Source: the human T2T-CHM13v2.0 reference genome, Homo sapiens. From it: a stretch of 64,000 bases of DNA. The notes beneath the pieces were generated by a model. That model was given only the letters and a program-made list of their open reading frames with translations, was not told where the DNA came from and made no database searches. A program made the position numbers and the translations under genes. Numbering within the stretch: the first letter of the stretch is position 1; every line of letters starts with the position of its first letter. Shown in pieces: positions 12,593-26,730 of this stretch. The stretch lies in the NCBI RefSeq assembly GCF_009914755.1, contig NC_060925.1; one strand, 5' to 3'.

Positions 12593-13036
12593 TGCCAAAA
12601 ATAATAAGTTCCTCTTCTAAGCTTCCTTGGTCTTTCTTAATCTGTAATGAGCACTTCGTACTCTGCTTAATCTGTAACGAGCACTTGTTTCTCTGCTTAA
12701 TCTGTAACTGGCAAACCTCTTACTCTTTAAACAACTCTTTTCACCTAGTTGGTAATGGACAGCCTCTCCCTTCCTGCCTAATTGGCCTTATTCAATTTCA
12801 AACACTAGCCAATTGAGTCAGCTTAGACTGTGCGGTCTGACTCCAGCCAGTGGGGAAAGGACACAGAAACAGGAACTGCATTAGGGATAAAAACCCCTGT
12901 GCTACCCCGCTTAGTGTGCTCGTACAATCAGAGGGACACAGGCAGCACCCATCTGCAGAAGTAAATGTGCCTTGCTGAGAAATTTTCTGTCTAAGTGCTG
13001 GTTTTTCCTTGTGGCACTGAGCACTTATTTCTAACA
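12593..13036 (+). repeat. 3' LTR (444 bp)
   Basis: Follows the polypurine tract GAGGGGGAAA; homologous to the 5' LTR with one extra 30-bp tandem unit. Confidence 0.95.
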
Positions 13037-13600
13037 GTCCTGACTTGACCTGAGCCTTGTTAAGGCTCTCCTTTGACAAAGGGAAAGGGAGGTAGAAGTC
13101 AAGACCATCAATATTTTACTAATCAGGGAATAAGAGGTCAACCTAAAGTAAGACCTCCAAGAATATTTTCTTCCTTCTCTGCTTCTTATTCTCTTCCCTG
13201 TAGCCTACTTCCCCAGGAGTGTGAGTTTAGGTAAGAAAAAGAATCAATGAAGACAGAGCAAGAGCTAACCTGTACAGTGCAGCAAGAGTGGCAAGGGAGG
13301 AGCTGGAATGAGCAACCGAGTAGATGGTCCCCTGAAATGCAAACACTCAGAGGCAGGGACTGCACCTGCCTCAGCACTCAGAACATTTACCGAAGTGACA
13401 GGTCCACTTAGAATTAAACATAATTCAATTGAAGGACAATACGTGTTCAATTTAGATATATTAGAATAGCAACAGCAAGCAAGGAGGGCAGAATAGTAGC
13501 TATTATCCCACCACACAGGGACCAACACCCTGGGGACATTCTGCAAGAGATGCACCCAACACACGCTTTTTGAGAAATAAAATGGGACTATATTGTTGAC

Positions 13601-14642
13601 TGTGAAGGGTACCAGAAGATGCTGATGTAGGACAGGTAAGCCCCATTGGGGCTTAGCCTGGAGTATTCTTGGCTTCACTCAGGAAAGAATCAAGGGCGAG
13701 CTGGTGGTGTTTGACAGCAACTTTTATTGAAGCAGCAGCAGAGGTACTGCTCCTTGCAGAGCAAGTATACACCACAGGCAGTGTGCCCAGAGTATCAGCT
13801 TAAAGGCAGTTCTGCAGTCCTATTTATACCCATTTTAATTATATGCAAATTAAAGGGCAGATTATGCAGAAATTTCTAGGAAAAGGGTGGTAACTTCTGG
13901 GTCGCCAGGTCATTGCCATGGAAAAAGGTGGTAGAAGTTGGTTATTGCCATGGCAACAGTAAACTGACATGGCACACTGGTGAGCATGTTTTATGGAAAG
14001 CTGCTTCCACCTATCTCTGTTTTAGCTAGTCCTCAATTTGGTCCAGTGTCCAAGCCCCACCTCCAGAGTCAAGTTCCACCTCCTACTTCAGTGCCACCCT
14101 AAAACATGCCTTTTTAACATATGGTTTTTTTTTGAGCAAAAGGCCATCATGAACCAGCAGAGGCAGTAAAAGCTTTAAAAACATGGCACAATATTTTTCT
14201 TTTGTAAAGAAAATTTACAATTTCTGAAGAAAATAGCCGTTTGTAAAAGGTATCTCCCTCTCCTGTATCAGGAAGAGGAGGACTCTTAACAACTCTTATC
14301 AATGGAGAAGGCATTGGCTTCAATCTGCATAACAAACCTTACTAAACACATCTTGTTGTTTGGCACACTTTTCCTGGTCATTGGGTAACTTGCCTCCCCA
14401 ACCTAGAAGCCCCAAATCGCTTTTTCTTTGTTTAGTCTAATATACTCTATAAGTCCAAGTTCTAACATCCCTTTGGGTTACTCACCACTGGGTGCTCCCA
14501 TGTTTATGAGGGATACACATCTTAATCAACTTCAATGTGCCTTTCCCTTCTTAACCTGTCTTTTCCCAGTCTGGTTTACAGGGCTCCAGCCAGAGAACCT
14601 AAGACAAGAAGAGGAAAAAGATTACTTTTCACCTCTCCTACA
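13601..14642 (+). mobile_element. Old ERV1 solo LTR (MER34/MER39-like) split by a second LTR
   Basis: tgtgaagggtaccagaagatgc joins gccaccctaaaacatgcc once 13623-14090 is removed; ends ...ctctcctaca. Family from memory. Confidence 0.6.
13623..14090 (-). mobile_element. ERV1 solo LTR (MER66-like), nested
   Basis: TG...CA ends; minus strand begins TGAAGTAGGAGGTGGAACTTGACTCTGGAGG; minus-strand TATAAA and AATAAA present. Confidence 0.65.
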
Positions 14643-15126
14643 ATTGGGACCTGTTTTTGTCATATTCCACAGCTTGTCTATATCATGATTTACTTAACCA
14701 ATTTCCTTCTCTTAGACATTTAAATTGTTTCCAATTTTGTCTTTAAAATACTGCAGCATATAAATTTATAGCCAAGTCTAGTACATAGCCTTCATTATTT
14801 CCTTATGATAAAATCATCCTTGTGGATTTGTTAGAAATCCACAAATGTTTGATACTCTAATTCACACTGACAAATTGCCCACCAGAAACTATACCTACTT
14901 GCAATTCTCCTGGCCATATACAAGAATGCCCATTTACACCATCATCAACACTATGTTTTCATTTTTCAAATGAAGATGAAAAATGCATCTATGTTAAAAC
15001 TGACATTTCTTTATTAATAAATAGAAATAAAATTTTTCTTTTGTGGATTGCTCCTTTTATGACTTTGACCCATTTTAGTTTTAAGGTGTCTATCTTTTCT
15101 ATGTTTACAAGAAAAATTTAATACTA

Positions 15127-15447
<321 letters not shown>

Positions 15448-15973
15448 TTGTTATGCCTTTGTCATGTATCTTGCAAGTAATTTGCTCCTTTTAGTACGTT
15501 GTCTTTAATTTTTTTATGGCTTTTTACATAGAAAGTTTTCACATTTTACAGAGTCAAATCTACTGACCTCTTTCTTTTTCATGGTTTCTGCCCTTGAAGC
15601 CATGCTCATCACTCAGAATTGAATTAGTTTTAGAGGAGCAAAATTAATGTTTCAAATAGAGGAACAGAAAGCTGCTCTTCACATGCTCCATGAGGAAAGT
15701 GTGAGGAAGAGAGGACAAGCGCCCTCCAAAGCTGAGATGGGTCAGAGGATGGCTGGCGCCACCTTCTCTCCACCAGGCCTTGACACACTGGAGTTGGATG
15801 GCAGCTGGTGGGTCAGCCACTCACAAACAGGAAGCTCCATGCTGCTCCTCTGGGTTGGCAGATACTTTTGAAAAAATACGTGTGCCCTAAGCATCCTTTC
15901 TTAAAAAGACATTTTTTATTAACAAAAAAGGTGCTTATTTCCAAAATTTTAAACTTCACAGAAATAAATAAAA

Positions 15974-16422
15974 TGTGAAAGAAACATAAAATCCTGGGAC
16001 CCCAATTCATTATGCCAAAAGGAAAAATTAAGCTGAAAGTTGAGTCACACAAGAAACTGCCTTTCCTTGAGTTCCTAAGCAGAGAGTTACAGATAAAAAG
16101 CTGCTGTCTCCACGGGTAGCTACTCTATGTTCACCTTATCTTAAGAAAGTGCCAATTTACTGAGCATGAGAAGAATACAAATTGACCATTCCCCTACCTA
16201 CTTTTTTTCTCTTGCAACATATGGATTCAGTAATGTGACTGTACCCTCCCTCCTTCCCCTCTGGCCAGCTTTTCCCCTTAACTGAAGGTTTTGAAATAAT
16301 CTTGAGAAAAAGGCACAAACCACAGATTTTTCCTGTGGTTCTGTGTTCCTTTTTGTCCCTAATGTTGATGAAATAAACTTCTAAATTGATTGAGATCTGT
16401 CTCAAATTCTTTTTGGTTTACA
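15974..16422 (+). mobile_element. MER4-family solo LTR
   Basis: Starts TGTGAAAGAAACATAAAATCCTGGGACCCC, has AATAAA, ends TTTTGGTTTACA. Confidence 0.75.
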
Positions 16423-17415
16423 AAGGTAAGAAGTGAAAATTTCATTTCAGTTCTCTCACAATCTAATACCTGAAAGACAAGCACTGTAAAAAAATTCAGC
16501 ATCAACCCTTTCAGGCTTTTTTCCAACACATACCTTAATAACAACATAGTATGCTATGGTATACTGGTATACCCATAGCATAGTATAAACATAGTATCGT
16601 ATATAAAAAGGACTAATCCTATAGATATTGTTTTGCAATGTGCTCTTTTCATGTGATTTACCAAAAGCATCTTTCCATGTCTTACTTTTAGGCCTATGTT
16701 ATACTATTTTGATGGTTATACAATATTTCATAATATGGATATACCATAATTTTAGTTGTTTGCAATTTTTTATTACAAAAATGCTACAACAAACGTCCTT
16801 GAACAGAATTTTAAAACATCTGTGCAATCATTTCTGTGGGATAGATTTCTCAAATTAAAATCACTAGGTGAGAAAAAGACATAAATTTTAAAGTTTGGTG
16901 GAAATGATAAATTCCTTTCCCCAGAAGGTATTGATTTACATTCCCTCTGATGTTGTATGAGGGTTCATTTCTCCACACACTCATGTTAATAATGTAAATT
17001 ATCATCTTTTCTAATTTTACCAATCTGATGGTGAAAAATGGTATTTTATAGCTAAGATATATACATATATTTTTGGTCACATTAGACTCCTCTTGTAGGT
17101 TTGATATTTCTTCTGCGAAATATTTCTTCTGCAAGCTGATCATTTATATCATTTGCCCATTTTAAAAACTACTTTGTATTGATTGGTAAGAATTATTGGT
17201 AAGAATATTTTGAATATTAATAATTTTATATATATTGCAAATATTTTGTCACGCCTTTTCATTTTGTTCCTTATTTCTTCATCTGCATGTAAATCTTACT
17301 TCTTTATATCATCAGTTGTGTTCATCTTTTCTTTCTTACTTTGGATTATATGTTATATGTAGCCAGGCCTTCCATACTCAAACTATAGGAATATCTTTCT
17401 ATATTGTCCTTTTAG

Positions 17416-17742
<327 letters not shown>

Positions 17743-18779
17743 TAGCATTATTATAGTATTTTTGCATTTAAAACTTTAATCCAACTGTAGTTCATTATTG
17801 TGGATGACGCTCATACAACCATGAGGTAAATATTTGGCTTTCTTTTACCCAGTAACAGCAAACAACTGCTTTGACTTAATTTCATTTCCTTGGCAACTTT
17901 CTGACAGATAATATCCATATTTGTACTTAAAGTTGAAAAAGAAAACGAGCACCACTTTTGCAATTTTTACTCACTGTGACCTAAAGAATTATAACCCTGA
18001 AAATGTGCTTTGGAAGTCTGTCATGGTTATTTCTCTTTTTAGGCATCTTTTCAGGGCACACCCGTCTCTGCATCACTGTCTGTTTCCTTGTGTCACAAAT
18101 TTCTGTTCTTTTTTTCTCTCCCTGTTCCCTCTCATTTATTTTTTCTCCTAATCTCTCCTTTTTCTTAACCACCTATAATGTTAATCACTTTAAATGCTTT
18201 TGACTCCTTTGTTTTGGTAGTTTAATTATATTTCATAGTCTCTATGCTTCTTTGTTTTGGAATAAGTTTTTATTTATCTAACTGTGAATTTCACTAGAGT
18301 TGTAAAATGTATGCCGAACATAGGATTTGGGGATTGCAAGCATTTACAGCTGATATTCAATTTCTTTCTTTTCACCACAAAAACGATTTTAGAACATGAA
18401 AAATATCTTTGGAGAAACAAAAAAATCAATTTCCTCATCATTTTATGGGTCTACATTTTTCAATATAATCATATGGGATAAATGTTTGCATTCTGCTATT
18501 GGCTTGTGAACATTTACCTATATTTCTATGTGGTCTTGTTAGGGACAGTATACCTAAGTGGATAAAAGGCTGTGTGGTTGAATTTGGCTTCTTGTTTACA
18601 AAAGAGTGATCCTTAGTGATCTACTTAGCCTCTCTGTTCCTTTTCTCTTTCACTGAGATGAGAAAACCTATCCTTCCCAATTTTTTTGTGTGAGAATTAA
18701 AATGCAGCAAGAAAACACACACTCATAAACACATCTGCTTTGGCAAAGGAGCACATCAGAAGGGCTGGCTTGTGCGCGC

Positions 18780-18935
18780 TCTTGCTCTCTGTGTATGTGT
18801 ATTATGTTTTATGTTACTGTAAAAGATGTAAAGAGAGGCACGTGGTTAAGCTCTCGGGGTGTGGACTCCACCAGTCTCACTTCAGTTCCTTTTGCATGAA
18901 GAGCTCAGAATCAAAAGAGGAAACCAACCCCTAAG
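18780..18935 (+). promoter_or_regulatory. CD2: CD2 TATA-less promoter / 5' UTR with E-box
   Basis: CACGTG at 18839-18844 (reported USF site, from memory), pyrimidine-rich initiator-like sequence at about 18871-18892, no TATA box. The exact TSS is not determinable from sequence. Confidence 0.75.
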
Positions 18936-18996
18936 ATGAGCTTTCCATGTAAATTTGTAGCCAGCTTCCTTCTGATTTTCAATGTTTCTTCCAAAG
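18936..18996 (+). CDS. CD2: CD2 exon 1 coding part (signal peptide)
   Basis: MSFPCKFVASFLLIFNVSSK(G), followed by donor GTAAGC; 61 nt, phase 1. Confidence 0.98.
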
Positions 18997-19073
18997 GTAA
19001 GCATAAGAGTCAAAGAAGTCCCAACCCAGCTTTCCCTGAAAGTGACTCTCAGTAACTCTTTTGCTTTTTATAG

Positions 19074-19394
19074 GTGCAGTCTCCAAAGAGATTACGAATG
19101 CCTTGGAAACCTGGGGTGCCTTGGGTCAGGACATCAACTTGGACATTCCTAGTTTTCAAATGAGTGATGATATTGACGATATAAAATGGGAAAAAACTTC
19201 AGACAAGAAAAAGATTGCACAATTCAGAAAAGAGAAAGAGACTTTCAAGGAAAAAGATACATATAAGCTATTTAAAAATGGAACTCTGAAAATTAAGCAT
19301 CTGAAGACCGATGATCAGGATATCTACAAGGTATCAATATATGATACAAAAGGAAAAAATGTGTTGGAAAAAATATTTGATTTGAAGATTCAAG
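19074..19394 (+). CDS. CD2: CD2 exon 2 (Ig V-set, CD58-binding domain)
   Basis: TAG acceptor after a 77-nt intron; AVSKEITNALETWGALGQDINLDIP...IFDLKIQ; donor GTAAGT; 321 nt. Confidence 0.99.
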
Positions 19395-20280
19395 GTAAGT
19401 GTTCATTCCCTTAATTGCTTTATTTCAGTGTGGGTGCTATTTGGCAAGTTGGAAAATAGCATTTCTAATATTCCCCAGCGCTGACCTCTGCCTCCAGGGG
19501 GGCTATACAGGAAACCAGATGCATGTCTCCTGCCCCAGTGGAGACTGTGGTCCAGTGCGGGAATGGGATCCACACATCTGATAGACCCTCAAGTCTACCT
19601 GCCTGCAACTCTGTCTTCAGGTGGTTACAGGAATGTGGGGTTGGGTGAAGAACCTGGATTAAGGTGGCATTAATCGGGAGGGGGACACAGGTAGGCCGAG
19701 GGAAAAGGCAACTGTTCCAGGTTGCTGATGAATCGGCGAGCTAAGAGTGGGGCGAGAAGAAGAGGCTGACTGGAGAGCAGCGGGCCTTTCATCGACAGAG
19801 CCCATTTCAAGCCAGGCTGCCCTGAAGGAGGAGTTATATGGCAGAAAAGGGCTGGAAACAACATATTTAAGGATGAACAGCCCTTATTTTGGATCTGCTT
19901 GTCAGAGTGATACAAGGTGGCAGGTGATTTTTGCTGATATGTGTAGAAGATGCACAAGGTGTGGCTTTGTATATCTCTGCCTGTACTGGGAGGACAGGAG
20001 TGGATATTGAGGATGGGGTTAGGGAGACTAGTTAGAAAGCTGCTGCTGTAATCCAAGTGGAGTGAGGACCAATTAAATCAGATTTTTTTTGCATGCGGCC
20101 TGGGTATCATTAGGTTCTAAAGCTCCCTGGGGGATTCTAATGAGCTGCCAAAGTCAATCGCCACTGGCCTAGACCAAAGGGTGCCTCTAAAATAGGAAGA
20201 ATGAGGATAATAAGGGTCAGGCATAGAGAAAGGTGGCTTAGGCAAGGGAGAGAAGGTAGAGAAAGTGGAATCGAAATGCC

Positions 20281-21125
20281 ATTGAAGTTGAAAGCCCGGG
20301 GGGATGCTGGGGAAGTAGTGACAAGAAGGGAAAAGAAGAAGCTGCGCTTGACTTGGGGAGGCAGACAGGAACCCCAGCATGAGCACAGGCCAGCCATTCA
20401 GTGAGCAAATAAGCATTTCTGTGCTTCACACAGAAAATATCACCAGAAGCAGGGACCCCACCTTCTTCCTCTCTGTCTCCAGCCCCATCTTCAGCACCTG
20501 GGCCTACCAGCAATCCCAGATAGTGTCAGATTGCCCACTCCAGCAATCCCAGACACTGTCAGCTCCCCTGAAGTGACAACTTTCCACACCCTAGTCCTGC
20601 AACCTTGAGTGGAGAGCACCTTGTAGAAATGTAGTGGGGTTGAGCATGGCGCTGAAAAGGGCCTCTGATTATGGGCTCTGGAAACCACAGATCTCAGGAC
20701 TCCAAACAGCACAAAACTCGAGTGTCCTGTTTTGAGTGTGAGCCCTACGCGGGGGACCATGCTGGTGTTTTCACATTTGGGTCGCATTTAGCATTGCGGC
20801 GGAAATAATGGCTACCAGTTAGGGGTCAAGTGCTTGCTTACATGATCTTATTTAAAGCGCCCAACAATACTGAGACCTAGTTGTTATTATCTCCTTGTTA
20901 TATATAAGAAAACAGAGACCTAGTCAGAAGCAGCTTGTCCAAGGTCTCATTGCTTGACAGGAGCAAAGTCAGGATTCAAACTCAGAGGTCTTTTTGGCAA
21001 GAATGACGACCTTTTCTTTTTTTTTCCAAGCAGCTTCATTGAGATAATTCATCTACCATTCAATTTGTCCATATACTAAAATGGCCTTCAGTATATTCAG
21101 AGTTTTGTAACCATCACCACAATCA
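20281..21125 (+). repeat. Intronic direct duplication, copy 1
   Basis: Aligns over about 840 bp with 22668-23503; near-identical spurious ORFs appear in both copies. Confidence 0.95.
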
Positions 21126-21313
21126 ACATTTTCATTGCCCCAAAAAGAAACCCTTCACCCTTTAGCCGAAAGACAGTGACTTGCTTTATGTGTGTGCACG
21201 TCAATGTCATACAACATCTTGATTCAACTTGTAGTTGGTCACTATTACCAGACTTAAGGTGACCATGGCCTTGGGCAAATTCCCTATCTGCTGTGAGTCT
21301 GCTTTTCCAATGA

Positions 21314-21931
<618 letters not shown>

Positions 21932-22180
21932 TAGTGAATGTATACGGAGGTACTACTCCACAAGGGTGCCCATCACTGCATTATTCATGTTAGCGAAATA
22001 CTAGAACAGTCAGCAGTTAGAAACTTATTAATCAGTTAAATTAAGAATGCATCCTTTAAAAAGATGCATATATGCATTTATTGATGTTCATTAAGAAAAG
22101 AACTTCATAATATAATTTCACAATAAAGGGGAAAAGGCAGACTGTAAGATCACATAAATTAGTTTTAATTTTTAAAATAT

Positions 22181-22184
<4 letters not shown>

Positions 22185-22219
<35 letters not shown>

Positions 22220-22509
22220 GCAGACAGAAAGAGACAGGGTCTCACTCTGTCGTCCAGCCTGGAGTGCAGTGGTGAAATATTGGCTCACTGCAGCCTCTGC
22301 CTCTTGGGTTCAAGCAATTCTCATGCCTCAGCCTCCTGAGTAGTTTGGATTAGAGGCGCATGCCAACACACCTGGCTAATCTTCATATTTTTAGTAGAGA
22401 TGTATTTCACCATGTTGGCCAGGCTACTCTTGAACTCCTGGCCTCAAGAGATCCGCCCACCTTAGCCTCCCAAAGTGCTGGATTACAGGCATGAGCCACC
22501 TCTCCCAGC
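22185..22509 (-). mobile_element. Alu with (TA)n(GA)n microsatellite tail
   Basis: Reverse-complement Alu body preceded by a dinucleotide repeat. Confidence 0.9.
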
Positions 22510-22667
22510 TGAAATATTATATTATTTATATATATACATATAAATAGAAAATATCTGCTAAAGATATACATGAAAATATTATTCATTATTGACTTTGAGT
22601 GGTGGCGTTGTGGGTAATTTTTAATCTGCTTTAAACTTTTAAAAATATTTTATCAGCTTGTACAATG

Positions 22668-23503
22668 ATTGGAGTTGAAAGCCCACGGATGCTGGGCAGG
22701 GAGTGATAAGAAGGGAAAAGAGGAAGCTGGCTTGGGGAGGAAGACAGGAACCCCAGCATGAGCACAGGCCAGCCATTCAGTGAGCAAATAAGCATTTCTG
22801 TGCTTCACACAGAAAATGTCGCCAGAAGCAGGGACCCCACCTTCTTCCTCTCTGTCTCCAGCCCCATCTTCAGCACCTGGGCCTACCAGCAATCCCAGAT
22901 AGTGTCAGATTGCCCACTCCAGCAATCCCAGACACTGTCAGCTCCCCTGAAGTGACAACTTTCCACACCCTAGTCCTGCAACCTTGAGTGGAGAGCACCT
23001 TGTAGAAATGTAGTGGGGTTGAGCATGGCGCTGAAAAGAGCCTCTGATTATGGGCTCTGGAAACCACAGATCTCAGGACTCCAAACAGCACAGAACTCGA
23101 GTGTCCTGTTTTGAGTGTGAGCCCTACATGGGGGACCATGTTGGTGTTTTCACATTTGGGTCACATTTAGCATTGCGGCGGAAATAATGGCTACCAGTTA
23201 GGGGTCAAGTGCTTGCTTACATGATCTTATTTAAAGCGCCCAACAATACTGAGACCTAGTTGTTATTATCTCCTTGTTATATATAAGAAAACAGAGACCT
23301 AGTCAGAAGCAGCTTGTCCAAGGTCTCATTGCTTGACAGGAGCAAAGTCAGGATTCAAACTCAGAGGTCTTTTTGGCAAGGATGATGACCTTTTCTTTTT
23401 TTTCTAAACAGCTTCATTGAGATAATTCACCTATCATTCAATTTGTCCATACACTAAAACGGCCTTTAGTATATTCAGAGTTTTGCAACCATCACCACAA
23501 TCA
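22668..23503 (+). repeat. Intronic direct duplication, copy 2
   Basis: Aligns with 20281-21125. Confidence 0.95.
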
Positions 23504-24844
23504 TGTTACTGTGTTGCTGTTATAAGTAGAAAAAAAATATTTCCATTCTGAAGAGACGGGCAAACTTCGTGACCCAACCTCTAGACTATGTACTAACTCT
23601 GTTGCTGAATGTTGATAATTTCCATTTTCTTCCTTCTCAGTAACGCAGAATCTTGGGATGAGAAGAAAACTTTTAATTTAATTTCTGCATGCCTATATAT
23701 ATCGGGACATAAATGAAGTTTGACTATGGTGTTCCATGGGGAAAATATTGGTGTCTGGAAGTCAGAGTGGGAGGGAATCATTGAAAAATAAGCTAGTCCA
23801 TCTATATTATGAATGGAGAGAAACTGAGAGGGAAAAGTGGCAAGTCTGGGGGGAACAAAGTAAAGAATGAGAAAAAAAAAAAACAGAAGACGAGGAAAAG
23901 GAAAAGTTCACACAGCTAGGAAGTGATGGGGCTAAGATGTAGACCTGAGCCATCTAATGCTAGGCCTAGGCATTTTCCTTTTGTGGTGCAATCTCTGTGC
24001 GGGAGAGGCAAGAGGTTTGTGATTATCGAATGCATGAATTACCACTAATAATGTCAGTGCCTAACGATCTGCCCAGGGCTTTGCCACATGTTGCTCCTTT
24101 TGTGACAGGTAGGGTATGTTTTTCTGATCCTTTTCTGATGCTCTGAGGAGGGCCAGCGTAGACCCTGTGAGCAACTGAGCAGCTCTGGGCTGGGAAAAGG
24201 CAGAATCAAGTCTCTGGTTCCCAGGCAGGTGCTCTTTTTCCCTAGAGCTTTGAGCTCCTTGGACACCCACACACTCACATATACCCACCTGGCCCACTGC
24301 TCCAGGAACTTGGTGGGGGCAGAGGTATCCAAGGTCCCCAGTCACATGTCAATGTGGTGATTCCTCCAGGATGGGGTTCCTGGCTGCTGTTAAAGCATTG
24401 CCTTTCTCAAACTCTGGAGGCACTTTCTTACCCATACTCCTAAACCCTGACTGCCATGTTTTAGGTGGTGCCCCAAGACCACCTACTGGACCTCTCAGAG
24501 CCTTGAACATTTTGTCTGTAAATGGGAAGAAAAACATCAGCCTGTCTGTTAGGGTTAAGTGATGTCATATATGTGAAAGCATTTTAAGGTATAAGACAGC
24601 ATATAAACATTACATATGATACACTATTTAGTGGCATAATGTATCTGTGAATGTCATCAGAAATAATTTTTTTCTGAATGCTCTTTGTAAATAAAATAAA
24701 ATAAAATAATTTCCAAAAGTTGCTAGAGGTCTTTGACATTGTTCCCTTGTCCCTAACTGACTCCATCCCCCACTGTATAAATAGATATGTTTATTAAAAT
24801 CAGAAAATTGCCTAAATTGAACTGAATCTTTACTTTCTTTTTAG

Positions 24845-25075
24845 AGAGGGTCTCAAAACCAAAGATCTCCTGGACTTGTATCAACACAACCCTGACCTGT
24901 GAGGTAATGAATGGAACTGACCCCGAATTAAACCTGTATCAAGATGGGAAACATCTAAAACTTTCTCAGAGGGTCATCACACACAAGTGGACCACCAGCC
25001 TGAGTGCAAAATTCAAGTGCACAGCAGGGAACAAAGTCAGCAAGGAATCCAGTGTCGAGCCTGTCAGCTGTCCAG
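24845..25075 (+). CDS. CD2: CD2 exon 3 (Ig C2 domain)
   Basis: Polypyrimidine-TAG acceptor; (E)RVSKPKISWTCINTTLTCEV...EPVSCP; donor GTGCGT; 231 nt. Confidence 0.99.
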
Positions 25076-25859
25076 GTGCGTGGCGGGCATCACTTCACAA
25101 ACACAGCCTGCCAGGCCCTCAGTAGGCAGAGGCATGCTGCTCCAGGTCACAGGTGCTCATGCTGGGAGGCAGCCCTGGCTCAGGATGAGGCATGAAAGCA
25201 TATCTCTTCCTCCTGGAAACCTTCAAGGGAAGCATCAGGGGAGGTGGTGTTCTATGGTTTTCCATCCTGGGAGTCCTCCCACTGAGCACAATTTGACCAC
25301 AAGAAATTTTAAAGATCCTCTTCTAGGAGAAAGAATTGCAAAACTGAAGAAGGAGGAGCTGTAGAGAGTATCTCATGCAAAGCCCCATTTTCCAGAGAGG
25401 GAAACTGACTTGCCCAAGGTCCCTTGGCTAGTTAGTGACATGATTCCAACTGCTCCCCTAAAGATGGTTAGTGGTCAGCACCTCCCATCAGGAGTAAAGG
25501 TAGAAAGGCTGCAGAAACCCTGGGGGGCAGGGTCATGGGGGAATGGAGCCCTTGAGGCCAAAGAGGACTGTGGACAGCAAGGCAACACTCCTGGCACACA
25601 ACAGGACGGCAAGGCTTGGGGACTAGCTCCAGAAAATCTCAAAACTCCAAGACCATAATGGATCCCCAGTGTCCCAGCCTGATGTGACCTCCAGAAGTAT
25701 TTCTGAGAGGCAGCCTTCTATAGTGCCCAAGCTCTCGCCTGGGAGTAGAGGTCTGGACTTCTAGTTTGGGTCTGTCCAAATTTAGCCAGAGAATCTTGAC
25801 AGAGTTTCTTCCCCTCTCTAGGCTTCAGCTTCCTGGCCCACAAAGAAAATAAGCACCAT

Positions 25860-26175
25860 GTTCACAGACTATTAGATGAGTAGGCTCTTGGATCCACTTC
25901 CAAGTTCATTCATGTGGGCCGTTGGGCTGCCTCACAATATGGCAGCTAGCTTCCCTCAGAGCCCTCTAAGAAAGAGCAGGAATAAGTGCCCAGGACAAAA
26001 GTCGTGGTCTTTTTGTAACTTAATCTCAGGAGTAATATCCCAATCACTTCTGCTGTGTTCTGTTCATTAGAAGCAAGTTAATAAGTCTAGCCCACATTCA
26101 ATCAGAGGGGATTGCACATAGGTGAGAATACCAGGAAGCAGGGGTCATTGAAGGCATCTGAGAGTCTGCCAATCA
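25860..26175. mobile_element. MLT1-type (MaLR) LTR fragment
   Basis: Typical MLT1 phrases (gcctcacaatatggcagct, catcacttctgc-like, gcccacattcaa..gagggga). Boundaries approximate. Confidence 0.55.
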
Positions 26176-26284
26176 CCAACTTGACCAGCATCACTTCACC
26201 CCCGGTTTTCCCACCAGTCATCCTCCCACATTCCCCCATCACTAAGGCACAGTAAGTGAAGTTGCCTCTCCTTGACTTCGCAAC

Positions 26285-26730
<446 letters not shown>

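Larger units (their letters stand above)
7838..13036 (+). mobile_element. Class I (ERV1) endogenous provirus, HERV-I/IP10-like with LTR10-type LTRs; pol largely deleted
   Basis: Two direct LTRs (TG...CA), 4-bp TSD GTCC (7834-7837, 13037-13040), tRNA-Pro-like PBS, polypurine tract at about 12579-12590, and degraded gag-pro-env. Family assignment from memory. Confidence 0.93.
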
